A DNA stretch of 64,000 nt from an uncultured candidate division Zixibacteria bacterium (GTDB lineage Bacteria > Zixibacteria > MSB-5A5 > UBA10806), in NCBI GenBank assembly GCA_963817915.1, contig CAWFQL010000011.1, forward strand, positions 239,563 through 303,562. The letters run 5' to 3'. A program made the position numbers and the translations under genes. The stretch's first letter is position 1, and each line of letters opens with the position of its first letter. Shown one piece after another: positions 51,409 through 62,777 of the stretch. The notes beneath the pieces were generated by a model. It saw nothing but the letters and a program-made list of their open reading frames with translations. It did no database searches and was not told where the DNA came from.

Positions 51409-53394
51409 TTGGACAAAATTAGAAGAATAATTTTGCCATTCAACAATGCTCTATACTGGGCATTATTGCTGATATGGGGTCTTCTTGGATTCGCGGTTGT
51501 AAGGCTAATCTTCCTGCTGAGGCACTGGCGGCTCGCCAGTCATGTGCCGTTTATCGACATATTTTATTCATTTATCTACGGCCTGAAGTTCGATTTATCG
51601 GTGCTTGCGTTTCTGATATTGCCCTTGATGATTATCAGCTACATTCCATTTTTAAAATTCGATAGATCGAGATTTAGCCGCAGAATTATTCAGATAATAT
51701 TTTACACAGTGATGGCATTGCTGTTTTTCCTGGAGCTGGTAGATATCGAATATTTTTCGGCGTTTGGCGATCATCTTGGTATTCTATCCTACACTTATCT
51801 CGACAATATGGATCTTGTCTTTTATACGGTAGCGGGAAGTTTCAATGTTATCCTTTATATTGTTTTATGGGCTATAGCGGCCGCCATTTTTATTTTTATC
51901 GCTACCAAATTCGATAAGGTATTTGATTCCTATCGTTCCAATCCTTTTTCTAAAATCTCCGGCCTTGTTGCAATGACTGCCATATTGGGAATTGGCGCCA
52001 GGGGCGGCATTTCACTTGCTCCGATCGATTGGGGATCGGCTTATTTTTCGAGATACAATTTTGCCAATGACCTTTCGCTTAACGGTGTGTTTACGTTGAG
52101 CCGCAGCCTATTTGAAAATTATAATAATCGTAATGCCAGCAATCTCAGCAAATACACATTCTTTCCCGATCAGGATGCCTTGAAATCAGTACAGGAATTA
52201 GTGGTAATGCCGTCAGATAGTTTATTGGAGCCGCACGAATCATTGAAGAGATTGAGCCGTTATGAGAACAGTGATACTACTAAATACAATGTCGTTTTCA
52301 TCATCATGGAAAGCTGGTCTGCGAGGTTTGTAGGCGTTTTGGGCGGTAGTCCGGATGCCACTCCATTTTTCGATAGCCTGGCGGAGAAAAGCTACCTTTT
52401 CGATAATATGTTCGCCTCGGGCACGAGAACCAATCGAGGGCTTTTGGCGTCATTATGTTCATTCCCATCGTTGCCGGGGCGGGCAATCACGAAGCTCTAT
52501 GGCTACCCACATCCATTCAGCTCGATTAGCAATATTCTGGATGGACGCGGATATGATTCCTATTTGGTTTACGGGGGAGATTTATCATTTGATAATATCG
52601 GCGGCTTTTTCAGAGCTGAAGGTTTCAAGAATCTAATAGGGTTGGATGAATTTCGGTCCGATCTCGTCCTGAATAAATGGGGCGTTCCCGATCACAATGT
52701 CTTCGAACGAGCAAATGAAGAATTCAAAAAATGCGGCGACAAACCATTTCTGGGAGTAGTCATAACTTCGAGCAATCATGAGCCGTTCAAGGTGCCCGAT
52801 AAACGGTTTGAAATATATTCCGATAGCGTACCCAATCACGAGTATCTGAACACATTTTATTATTCGGATTGGGCATTGGGACATTTCTTCCATCTGGCCG
52901 AGAATGAAAGCTATTACAAAAATACTATTTTCGTTCTGGTGGGCGATCACAGCAAAATACTAAACGATCCGGATGACGTTATTTCAAATTTCCGTATAGC
53001 GTCACTGATATATTCTCCTCGTCAATCTAAAATCGCTCCCAGGAGAGTAACCACGATCTGCAGTCAAATCGATCTTGTGCCGACTGTGCTCGGCATGCTT
53101 GGAACTCCCGCCATCAATGAATGCTGGGGACGAAATATTCTCGCGTTGAAACCAAATTCAAGCGGATATGCGTTTGTATTCAAAGATGATGATTACGGCT
53201 GGATTCAGGATTCATTGGTATTACGAGAGAAAATAGGATCTAATTTGAGCCTTAATAAATTTCCTTATGGCAATGAACGAATCGATATCGCCGCGAAAAA
53301 TCCTGATATCGTAAACAAAATGCGTCATAATGGCCGCGCGTTCCTGCAGCTCGAAATAGAGAAGATTCACAAAAAGAATCTGGATAAAAAATAA
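51409..53394 (+). CDS. LTA-synthase-family membrane sulfatase/phosphoglycerol transferase
   Basis: Five N-terminal TMs; NVVFIIMESW, TRT (catalytic Thr), WGVPD, SNHEP, GDH. Confidence 0.88.
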   Translation: MDKIRRIILPFNNALYWALLLIWGLLGFAVVRLIFLLRHWRLASHVPFIDIFYSFIYGLKFDLSVLAFLILPLMIISYIPFLKFDRSRFSRRIIQIIFYTVMALLFFLELVDIEYFSAFGDHLGILSYTYLDNMDLVFYTVAGSFNVILYIVLWAIAAAIFIFIATKFDKVFDSYRSNPFSKISGLVAMTAILGIGARGGISLAPIDWGSAYFSRYNFANDLSLNGVFTLSRSLFENYNNRNASNLSKYTFFPDQDALKSVQELVVMPSDSLLEPHESLKRLSRYENSDTTKYNVVFIIMESWSARFVGVLGGSPDATPFFDSLAEKSYLFDNMFASGTRTNRGLLASLCSFPSLPGRAITKLYGYPHPFSSISNILDGRGYDSYLVYGGDLSFDNIGGFFRAEGFKNLIGLDEFRSDLVLNKWGVPDHNVFERANEEFKKCGDKPFLGVVITSSNHEPFKVPDKRFEIYSDSVPNHEYLNTFYYSDWALGHFFHLAENESYYKNTIFVLVGDHSKILNDPDDVISNFRIASLIYSPRQSKIAPRRVTTICSQIDLVPTVLGMLGTPAINECWGRNILALKPNSSGYAFVFKDDDYGWIQDSLVLREKIGSNLSLNKFPYGNERIDIAAKNPDIVNKMRHNGRAFLQLEIEKIHKKNLDKK

Positions 53395-53428
53395 AGCAGT
53401 CTTTAAAATCTATATTGAAATATTCCAT

Positions 53429-53579
53429 TGCGATTCAGGGCTTATCCGCCAAACGGACGGCGGGTACACCCTGATCGCTACGCAAAGCTTGATGCGGTCA
53501 CGTCAAGACGTGACTCGCAGGAAAATGATATTAATCTTGTAGAGGCACGCTGTAGAGGCTTGCTATAGCAAGTCTCTAC
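53429..53579. repeat. Cluster of REP-like palindromes
   Basis: TGCGGTCACGTCAAGACGTGACTCGCA (53493-53519), sister of 42551-42577; GTAGAGGCTTGCTATAGCAAGTCTCTAC (53552-53579). Confidence 0.75.
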
Positions 53580-53598
53580 CAAAATATTATCATGGAGT

Positions 53599-55652
<2,054 letters not shown>

Positions 55653-55748
55653 CGGATAACCGCATCCTATCGCTCGTTGACTTGAATGAAATCAAGGGCT
55701 GAATGAAACGATGATAAATTATATACATAAATATATACGGAGAATATT

Positions 55749-56813
55749 ATGATAACATCGAGTGATTATAAGGTAGTCGCGGAGAAAATTCTTTTGCCGA
55801 TTCTGGCATTTTCGGCGGGTACGGCATTCTTTTATTTTGCCGGTCCGATCCTGGTGCCGATAGTGGCGGCATTTGCGTTGTCGTATCTACTTTTGCCACT
55901 TGTAAATTCCCTTGAGAAAATCAAAATCCCGCATAGCATGTCGGTTATTATTGTCATGGCGATAGTCCTTGTTATATCGGCAATCATTATTTTCCTTTTC
56001 GTCAATGAAATCGCGGATTTCGCGATATCATTTCCAATGTATAAAGAAAAGGCGCTTGTCATAATTGAAAACTTGAAAAAGACGATTTCTGATTATTTAG
56101 GTATTGCGACAGTCAATTGGGATATCCCCAAGCAGATTCCGGTCAATTCAGATAATTTACAGTCAATCGGGAAATATTTCTTCAAAGGGTTAAGCTCTGT
56201 TACAAGCTTTTTGTTCGGCGCATTCTTGATGTACTTTCTGACATTATTCATGCTTCTCGATTCACGAATGTTTCAAAATAAACTGCGGCTGATATTTGGC
56301 ACTGCTCACGCGGAGACAACCGAGAATATTTTCAATGAAATTAACCGTCAGCTCAAGGGATTCCTGCAGGTGAAATTCTCAATAGTAATCGCATTATCGA
56401 TAATTATCACAATCGGCCTTTTGATCTTCGATGTAAAATACGCCTATATCTGGGGACCGTTGGCCGGCATAATGAACCTGATACCCTATGTCGGTTCGAT
56501 AGTGAGCTCGATTCCGCCGATAATTGTCGCGGGTATCCAATTTAATTCAATCATGTCGATGGTCTACGTAGCGATATTCTTTGTTGTCGTGCAGTTTATC
56601 GAGGGCAATGTTATTACGCCGAAATTAACGTCCGGCATGGTCGATCTGAATACGCTGGCAGTGCTGATCGCTACCATGTATTGGGGATGGCTCTGGGGTG
56701 GCGTCGGGATTATCCTTGCTGTGCCGATTACAGCCGCCATGAAGGTGATCTGCGACCATGTAGAGCCACTAAAACCGATCGGTGTTATGCTGGGCTCGTC
56801 AAGGTCAGATTAG
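55749..56813 (+). CDS. AI-2E family transporter
   Basis: Multi-TM; NLIPYVG, QFIEGNVITP, WGWLWGGVGIILAVP. Confidence 0.92.
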   Translation: MITSSDYKVVAEKILLPILAFSAGTAFFYFAGPILVPIVAAFALSYLLLPLVNSLEKIKIPHSMSVIIVMAIVLVISAIIIFLFVNEIADFAISFPMYKEKALVIIENLKKTISDYLGIATVNWDIPKQIPVNSDNLQSIGKYFFKGLSSVTSFLFGAFLMYFLTLFMLLDSRMFQNKLRLIFGTAHAETTENIFNEINRQLKGFLQVKFSIVIALSIIITIGLLIFDVKYAYIWGPLAGIMNLIPYVGSIVSSIPPIIVAGIQFNSIMSMVYVAIFFVVVQFIEGNVITPKLTSGMVDLNTLAVLIATMYWGWLWGGVGIILAVPITAAMKVICDHVEPLKPIGVMLGSSRSD

Positions 56814-56817
56814 TTAT

Positions 56818-57402
56818 ATGAATATACTGCTGATTATATTTGCCATTTTGGTTGCATTAATCATGTATATTCTATTGATGCCACTATCGCTGAATTTGAA
56901 ATTTAAATACGATAAAAAGACCGGGGCTGCAGTGCGCGTCGGGCTTTTTCCATTCAGATTTCAATTTAATATCGGGCAACCAACGAAACCAAAAACTGTA
57001 AAGGAAAAAGCTGCTAAGGTTAAAGCCGAAAAGGTCCGCGTTCCAAAAGACAAAATATCATTCGATGATATCAAATTGCTAATGCGAGTTATGATCCAAT
57101 TTATTCAATTCTCATTAAAGCTTGTTAGATTGCCGAAGTATCATTGCAGGCTTAGCATTGCCGGTGGTATTGGCGCGCCGGATATAACAGGTGAACTCTA
57201 CGGCTTAGTGCAATCGGTCAAGCCGATATTGCCGGACTCGATAACATTGAATTATGAGCCGGATTTCGTCATCGATGGTGTCACAGGTGATTTCGAATGC
57301 GGCTTAGTTGTCCGCCCGATTATGATAATAAATCAGTTTCTACGATTCATTGTTGAATTGCCATTTATAAAATTATATAAAATATACAAGAATCTTAATT
57401 AG
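56818..57402 (+). CDS. DUF2953/YtfI-like membrane protein
   Basis: N-terminal TM, G..APDITGELYG, PDF motif; upstream of ytfJ-like gene. Confidence 0.65.
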   Translation: MNILLIIFAILVALIMYILLMPLSLNLKFKYDKKTGAAVRVGLFPFRFQFNIGQPTKPKTVKEKAAKVKAEKVRVPKDKISFDDIKLLMRVMIQFIQFSLKLVRLPKYHCRLSIAGGIGAPDITGELYGLVQSVKPILPDSITLNYEPDFVIDGVTGDFECGLVVRPIMIINQFLRFIVELPFIKLYKIYKNLN

Positions 57403-57411
57403 GAGGATTCG

Positions 57412-57804
57412 ATGTCAAATAAATTGAATGAATTGCTCGGCTCTATTATGGGCGAACTCAAACAGATATCCAACACTGAGACCATAATCGGCAAGCCGGT
57501 GAAATTCGGCGATAAGAGTGTCGTACCGGTTTCCAAGGTCAGTGTCGGGTTCGGTGTCGGCGGGGGAGAGGATGAGTCAAAAGGCGGCGCGAAATTCGGC
57601 GGCGGTGGCGGAGGCGGCGCTCGAGTTGAGCCAGTCGGGTTTATTATTATCGATGGCGACAGGGTATCATTCCTGCCGACCAGCCACGATAAGTATCAGG
57701 GCCTGATCGAGGCTATCCCAGATCTGGTCAACAAGCTCCGCGGCTTCAAAAAAGACAAATCCGATAAGGATGCAGATAACGAAAAAAGCGGCGAGAAGAA
57801 ATAA
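57412..57804 (+). CDS. YtfJ/GerW-family protein
   Basis: TIIGKP, VPVSKVSVGFGVGGG, GGGGGG...P.GFIII. Confidence 0.88.
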   Translation: MSNKLNELLGSIMGELKQISNTETIIGKPVKFGDKSVVPVSKVSVGFGVGGGEDESKGGAKFGGGGGGGARVEPVGFIIIDGDRVSFLPTSHDKYQGLIEAIPDLVNKLRGFKKDKSDKDADNEKSGEKK

Positions 57805-57860
57805 ATAACAGACCGTGTCCTCGGGTCTCCATACCCTTGATAAAACCGCGCTGTCATTGC

Positions 57861-58916
57861 TGTAGATGTCAAGTAATTCGGGGACAGTTTTGATTAATTT
57901 CCAGAGGTGTTTTTCCTCCCAGGGCTTGGTGTGGACGGTGTTCATTGTAATAGATGAGATATTGGAGAAGCTCTTCTTTAAGTTGTTCAGGCGAATCGAA
58001 GGTGGTTTCATAGAGAAGGTCTTCTTCAAGTGTGCGCCAGAAGCGCTCGGCCTTGCCGTTAGTTTGGGGCCGATAGGGACGGGTATAGCGATGGGTGATT
58101 CCCAACTCCATGAGCATCCGCTCAAAAGGATGTTCGGCCTTGCGGGAGGAGGCTTTGGTCCCCATTTCCGGGCCATTGTCCGTCAGTACTTCTCGGAAAC
58201 GGATCTGATAACGGTCGGTAAGAATATTCAGACAACGCAGAACCGCAAACATGACCGTCAAAGACTTGATATCGTCGACCACCTCGGCCCATGCAATGCG
58301 AGTGCAGGAGTCGACAACGCAGACCAAATAGCGATGTCGAGACTCGCCCTCAATCAGGCATTTGGAAAGGGTATGGGCATCGACATGCCCCAATTCTCCG
58401 GCTTTCGTCTTGATAATTCTCCGTTTGTTAGCCTGCATCGGCGGCTGCAGGCGGTTGAGCCCCCGACGCCGGCAGATGTTGTAGACCCCCGAAGGCGAAG
58501 GCGTCGACCCTCCAAGCTTCGGTCTAAGAACATGCACGATCTCATAACGGTTGAGCCCCTGCTGCCGCAGAGCCGCCACCTGTTCCTCAATATAAGGCAA
58601 AGGCCTTCGGGTTTTCCAGCGCGGACCGCGCTTTTGAGGCAACAAATCCTCTGCTTGGCCACTTTGCTTAAAACGATGATAATACTTAAGAAAAGAACGC
58701 GGATCGGTGTCATGAAAGACATAGAACTCTTTGACAAACCGAAAGTTGGGATGCAGCTTTGCCTTAACCTGCTCATACTCACGAACCAAAAAACGGTACT
58801 TCTGAATGTAATTACGCTTAAGCGTCTCATCTTGAGTGTTAATTCGCATGGACAGAATCTTCCTTTCCAACCCGTAAAATACAAAAATTCTGTCCACGAA
58901 ATACCTAACATCTACA
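57861..58916 (-). mobile_element. Complete IS481-family insertion sequence, 1056 bp, 27-bp TIRs, 5-bp TSD ATTGC
   Basis: TIRs TGTAGATGTCAAGTAATTCGGGGACAG and (reverse complement) TGTAGATGTTAGGTATTTCGTGGACAG, 23/27 identical; ATTGC at 57856-57860 and 58917-58921. Confidence 0.92.
57869..58849 (-). CDS. IS481-family DDE transposase (326 aa)
   Basis: HVD, TDNGPE, RPQTNGKAERF, YNEHRPHQAL; ATG preceded by purine-rich SD. Confidence 0.92.
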   Translation of the reverse strand: MRINTQDETLKRNYIQKYRFLVREYEQVKAKLHPNFRFVKEFYVFHDTDPRSFLKYYHRFKQSGQAEDLLPQKRGPRWKTRRPLPYIEEQVAALRQQGLNRYEIVHVLRPKLGGSTPSPSGVYNICRRRGLNRLQPPMQANKRRIIKTKAGELGHVDAHTLSKCLIEGESRHRYLVCVVDSCTRIAWAEVVDDIKSLTVMFAVLRCLNILTDRYQIRFREVLTDNGPEMGTKASSRKAEHPFERMLMELGITHRYTRPYRPQTNGKAERFWRTLEEDLLYETTFDSPEQLKEELLQYLIYYNEHRPHQALGGKTPLEINQNCPRIT

Positions 58917-59080
58917 ATTGCGAGGAGACCGGCATTTGACGGTCGACGAAGCAATCTGCGGGATGCCGCCTTCAGATTGCTTCATCCGCCTACGGCGGAT
59001 TCGCAATGACACAGCCTACGTCTGGATTCCGGCTCGGAGGCCGAAATGTCAACTTGGGGCGAGGCTACCTCGCGTCTACG
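58917..59080. repeat. GTCATTGCGAG-type palindromic element (split by IS481) plus adjacent palindromes
   Basis: With 57852-57860 it reconstitutes TGTCATTGCGAG..GAAGCAATCTG..CAGATTGCTTC..TCGCAATGACA. Confidence 0.8.
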
Positions 59081-59092
59081 TTCCATTATATA

Positions 59093-59527
59093 TCAAAAAA
59101 TATACGGCACCATCATCCTGGTGCGGGCCATGTATTCTGTATATTCGGGATATCGTTCTTTCAATAATCGCTCTTCGGCTGTCACGCGCGTCAATGTAAA
59201 TGTCAGTACTATGACGCCGATCAATCCATTCACGATTGACCAATGGCCGAGGATGCTGGCCCAGATCAAAAGCATCACCGAGGCATACATCGGATGTCTA
59301 ATGATACGATAAGGGCCCTTTTCAAGTAGCGGCCCGCTGCCTGGGTTCGCGGTGAATCCAAACTGCTGATTTCTAAATGTGTACCTTGCGTATAGAACCA
59401 CTAAAACGGCGACTACCTGTAAGGCGATGACAATCGGCGATAAGCTAAAAAAATCCCCTTTGATAATCAGCACAATAACACCAAGCAGAACCACGCCGGA
59501 CGTATATTTCACGATAAATTTATTCAT
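59093..59527 (-). CDS. Isoprenylcysteine carboxyl methyltransferase / PEMT-family membrane protein
   Basis: GPYRIIRHPMY, EERLL..RY.EY.EY...T....P; AGGAGG SD. Confidence 0.88.
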   Translation of the reverse strand: MNKFIVKYTSGVVLLGVIVLIIKGDFFSLSPIVIALQVVAVLVVLYARYTFRNQQFGFTANPGSGPLLEKGPYRIIRHPMYASVMLLIWASILGHWSIVNGLIGVIVLTFTLTRVTAEERLLKERYPEYTEYMARTRMMVPYIF

Positions 59528-59594
59528 AAAAATCCTCCTGGCAAAAATCATATCGCCCTCATCATCGATAGTCAAGGCAAAATAGCAAGATTCA

Positions 59595-59716
59595 GCCAGG
59601 TCGGAGTCCGTTCTGGCGGACGTGAACTGGCTGCTCTACGCTTCAAAGTTATTGCGAGGAGACCGGCTCCTGACTATCGACGAAGTAATCTGTGGGTCGC
59701 CTGATTCGCAACGACA
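59595..59716. repeat. GTAG-type palindrome and uninterrupted sister of the IS481 target element
   Basis: GTTATTGCGAGGAGACCGG..TCGACGAAGTAATCTG (59648-59692) closely matches 58917-58958. Confidence 0.7.
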
Positions 59717-59857
59717 CTTGTCCCATTGCCGTGGGTTTTGCAAGCCTGGCATACTACTGAAGAATAATTTTGATTAAATGGACAAATATTGCTTGCAAAC
59801 CAAATCCATTCCCAGCTATTAATACAGTAGAAAAGTACAAAAGCATGGAGGAGCCAA

Positions 59858-60865
59858 ATGATGTTCAGAAATTCATATCGGGATTTATTTTCAATTTCAG
59901 CCGTGTTTATTTTGCTTATGATTGTATCTTGCTCTAAAGATAAATCATCTAATCCCGCCGCCCCGCGGACGCCGACTGTAACAACTGCCGGCGTCACTGA
60001 TATCACCCAGTCTACGGCGACATGCGGGGGTACGGTTACATCCGATGGCGGGGCAGCTGTATTTTATAGGGGTGTATGCTGGAGAACTGACTCGTTGCCG
60101 ACATACGCGGATACAAGAACATACGACAGCACCGGTATCGGGACATTCAGCAGCTTGATGACAGAATTAGTTCCTTCCACAAAGTACTATGTCAGGGCTT
60201 ATGCTATGAACGACATTGGCCTTGGATACGGTGCGGCTGATTCGTTTGTAACGACCCAGGACACAATCAGTGGATCCGTGACAGATATCGATGGCAATAT
60301 ATATGCTACAATCAGAATCGGTACTCAATGGTGGATGGCCGAAAATCTGAGGGTGAACCATTATCGCAATGGCGATTTGATTCCCGCTATATCGGATAGT
60401 GTCGCGTGGGCGGCCGATACAACAGGAGCATCCTGCGAGTTTAATAACGATACCTCCATGGTTGCTGTTTACGGCAAGCTCTATAATTGGTACGCTATTA
60501 ATAACAGCAGCAATATAGCTCCGGCAGGGTGGCACGTGCCAACTGATGCAGAGTGGCAGACATTAGTTACTTACCTTGGCGGTTATACTGTCGCAGGCGG
60601 AAAGATGAAGGAAGTTGGAACTGCGCATTGGAATTCTCCCAACACTGGCGCTACCAATGAAAGCGGCTTTACCGCGTTGCCAGCCGGCTTCCGCTATATC
60701 AATGGAGTTTTCTATCAAATGGGCGGTTACGCTTTCTTTTGGTCATCCACGGAGGCCAATAGCAGCGCCGCATGGGACCACTACGTGGTGAGCGCTGGCG
60801 CGGAAGCTTCCGGCAGCTTCGACCTTAAACGGCACGGCTTCTCGGTTCGTTGTATCAAGGATTAA
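59858..60865 (+). CDS. Lipoprotein with Fibrobacter succinogenes major paralogous (FISUMP) domain
   Basis: Lipobox IVSC; YYVRAYA.N..G..YG; DIDGN.Y.T..IG.Q.WMAENL, YGKLYNW, GWHVPT..EW, GFSVRCIKD. Confidence 0.92.
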   Translation: MMFRNSYRDLFSISAVFILLMIVSCSKDKSSNPAAPRTPTVTTAGVTDITQSTATCGGTVTSDGGAAVFYRGVCWRTDSLPTYADTRTYDSTGIGTFSSLMTELVPSTKYYVRAYAMNDIGLGYGAADSFVTTQDTISGSVTDIDGNIYATIRIGTQWWMAENLRVNHYRNGDLIPAISDSVAWAADTTGASCEFNNDTSMVAVYGKLYNWYAINNSSNIAPAGWHVPTDAEWQTLVTYLGGYTVAGGKMKEVGTAHWNSPNTGATNESGFTALPAGFRYINGVFYQMGGYAFFWSSTEANSSAAWDHYVVSAGAEASGSFDLKRHGFSVRCIKD

Positions 60866-60871
60866 TCATCG

Positions 60872-61522
60872 GTGTCATCGGGTCTCCGTAGCAAACGAAA
60901 TATCAGATCTTCCGTAGGGGCGTTCAATAGAACGCCCTATTACGTCATAGGGCGTTTTTTCAAACGCCCCTACAAGCCTGGATTCCGGCTCGGGGGCCGG
61001 AATGACAGGACTCTTGCTGGGCGGCAGTCATCCTTGACTGCCCCAAACGATGCAGATGCGAAGGGGCAGCTGTGGACAGCTGCCGCCCAAAAAATCACCA
61101 TAATAATTAATAGCCGGGGCTTTCCAGCCCCGGAATATGCGGCCTTAGAAAAGGCCGCCTATTAATTCGTGTTTGATTCCGGCACGCGGGGCGGGCGCGG
61201 CCTGCGTGTCAAAGCTTGCTTTGACCGCAAACACGGGTATATGCGGTCACAGTAAACTGTGACACGCATTACAATGACAAGCCCTTTCCATGTCATTCCC
61301 GCGAAGGCGGGAATCTTGCGAGTCTTAGCAAGATAGATTCCGCAATAAATGCGGAATGACAGGTTTTTTTTTGTCATTCCCGCAAAGGCGGGAATCCCGA
61401 CCCCGCCCCTCCGGCGCGCGGGCGGGCGCGGCCTGCGTGTCAAAGCTTGCCCGCCAGACAGATGGCGGATATACTTTGACCGCAATACTGGTATATGCGG
61501 TCACAATAAACTGTGACACGCA
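60872..61522. repeat. Mosaic of REP-like inverted doublets and a ~90-110 bp direct repeat
   Basis: GTAGGGGCG doublet 60914-60973; GTCATTCC-type units near 60978, 61292, 61336, 61373; direct repeat 61178-61268 vs 61410-61522. Confidence 0.85.
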
Positions 61523-61544
61523 ATACACCCCTCTAAGATATTTA

Positions 61545-61573
61545 TTGACACCGCCAGCCATATTTGATACCAT
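61545..61573 (+). promoter_or_regulatory. Sigma70-type promoter
   Basis: TTGACA-N17-TACCAT with TG extension. Confidence 0.55.
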
Positions 61574-61656
61574 ATTCACAGTCAGGGAAAAATCGAATAG
61601 AAGGGGGCAAAGAAAAATTAGTATGGAGTGGCTAACCTAATAACAAAGGATATAAA

Positions 61657-62220
61657 ATGGAACCAAATAATTCATTATGGATTCCTCAATTATTTGAGAC
61701 TATTCGAATAATATTCGTAGCAGCTATCCCTATGATTATACTTTATTTTAATTATAAGGCAAGAATAGTAGAGAAAAGAATCGAAATGAGATTCAAAGCG
61801 CGAGAGCATATGTATAAATCATATCAACATGAGATCGATTCATCAAAGAAGATTATTGATGATTTTAATGGTCTTATTGGAAGAATATTCGGAGAATGGA
61901 TAGTGAACGACATCCCGAGAAGCAGAAAAAGGATTTAGATAATATATTATCAATATTAAGAATGGGGAAACCACTATTGAGAAGGGCATTGCAAGGAATT
62001 GAAAATGAATTAAGAATAAATAATCAACTTGATGAACGGACTCTATCGGAAATTCAATTTTGCAAAAATTCACTTAAGCAAGGATTTTGAAAAAATATCT
62101 GTCCAAGAAGTTGAATCTTTCCTTATTGAATACAATGAAACAGGAAATCTATTAATAAATCTTGTGTCAGAGATTTCAGAAAAGAAACGGGATGAGATAT
62201 TTAGCGAATTTATTAAATAG
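61657..62220 (+). CDS. Hypothetical single-TM helical protein (two apparent frameshifts)
   Basis: Three overlapping ORFs (61657, 61896, 62029) read as one protein; AAGGA SD; AT-rich. Confidence 0.5.
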
Positions 62221-62353
62221 AAAAATTGTACGCGTTTAATTAAATCCTTAATAACCTTATAGGAAAAGAAGGGATTTCTAAACCGGTTCTAGAAAGTGAG
62301 GCATCTATCAGTCGTTTTCTACTCATTGGCAACTAGTAAGCAAGGAGAATAAA

Positions 62354-62627
62354 ATGGGATTTGGTAGTTTATATTCATAATTGCCCAAATGGAGAATTTC
62401 ATTGCGGGTATTTCAAAGAGCAAAACTATAGATCCTATCGAACTATAGAATATGGGGCATCGGCACCCATTATTACCATGCTTGAGATACATTTGGATAA
62501 CAATGATTCGTTGGAATGGAAAGAAATAGATAAGCTCATTAATGAAGCTTATTTGAAGATTCGAAAACTACCCAAAGACACTCAATATGGATTCAAAACT
62601 TCAACTGGATATTTCGGATCTATCTGA
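62354..62627 (+). CDS. Hypothetical protein (probable extra G after ATG at 62354)
   Basis: AAGGAG SD upstream of ATG 62354; ORF track frame 62361..62627. Confidence 0.4.
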
Positions 62628-62777
62628 CGGACGGTAGTTTCGCAATGGACGAACAAAGTGCAAAGAAAGAAATACATAACGCATTTGGTATTGCATTCAC
62701 ATTTGGAAGGAATATTACCAAACCCAAAGTCTGATTTTATCTTTTTCTCGGGCCGTCAGGAATCCATTCCTGGCGGT

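Noticed and set aside
57866..58939. 357-aa + strand ORF spanning the IS
   Set aside because: It is the codon-aligned antisense shadow of the transposase, has no recognisable motifs or SD, and runs past the IS end
60872..61640. CRISPR array or protein-coding ORFs in the repeat mosaic
   Set aside because: No constant repeat with regular spacers and no cas genes; the ORFs are translations of palindromes
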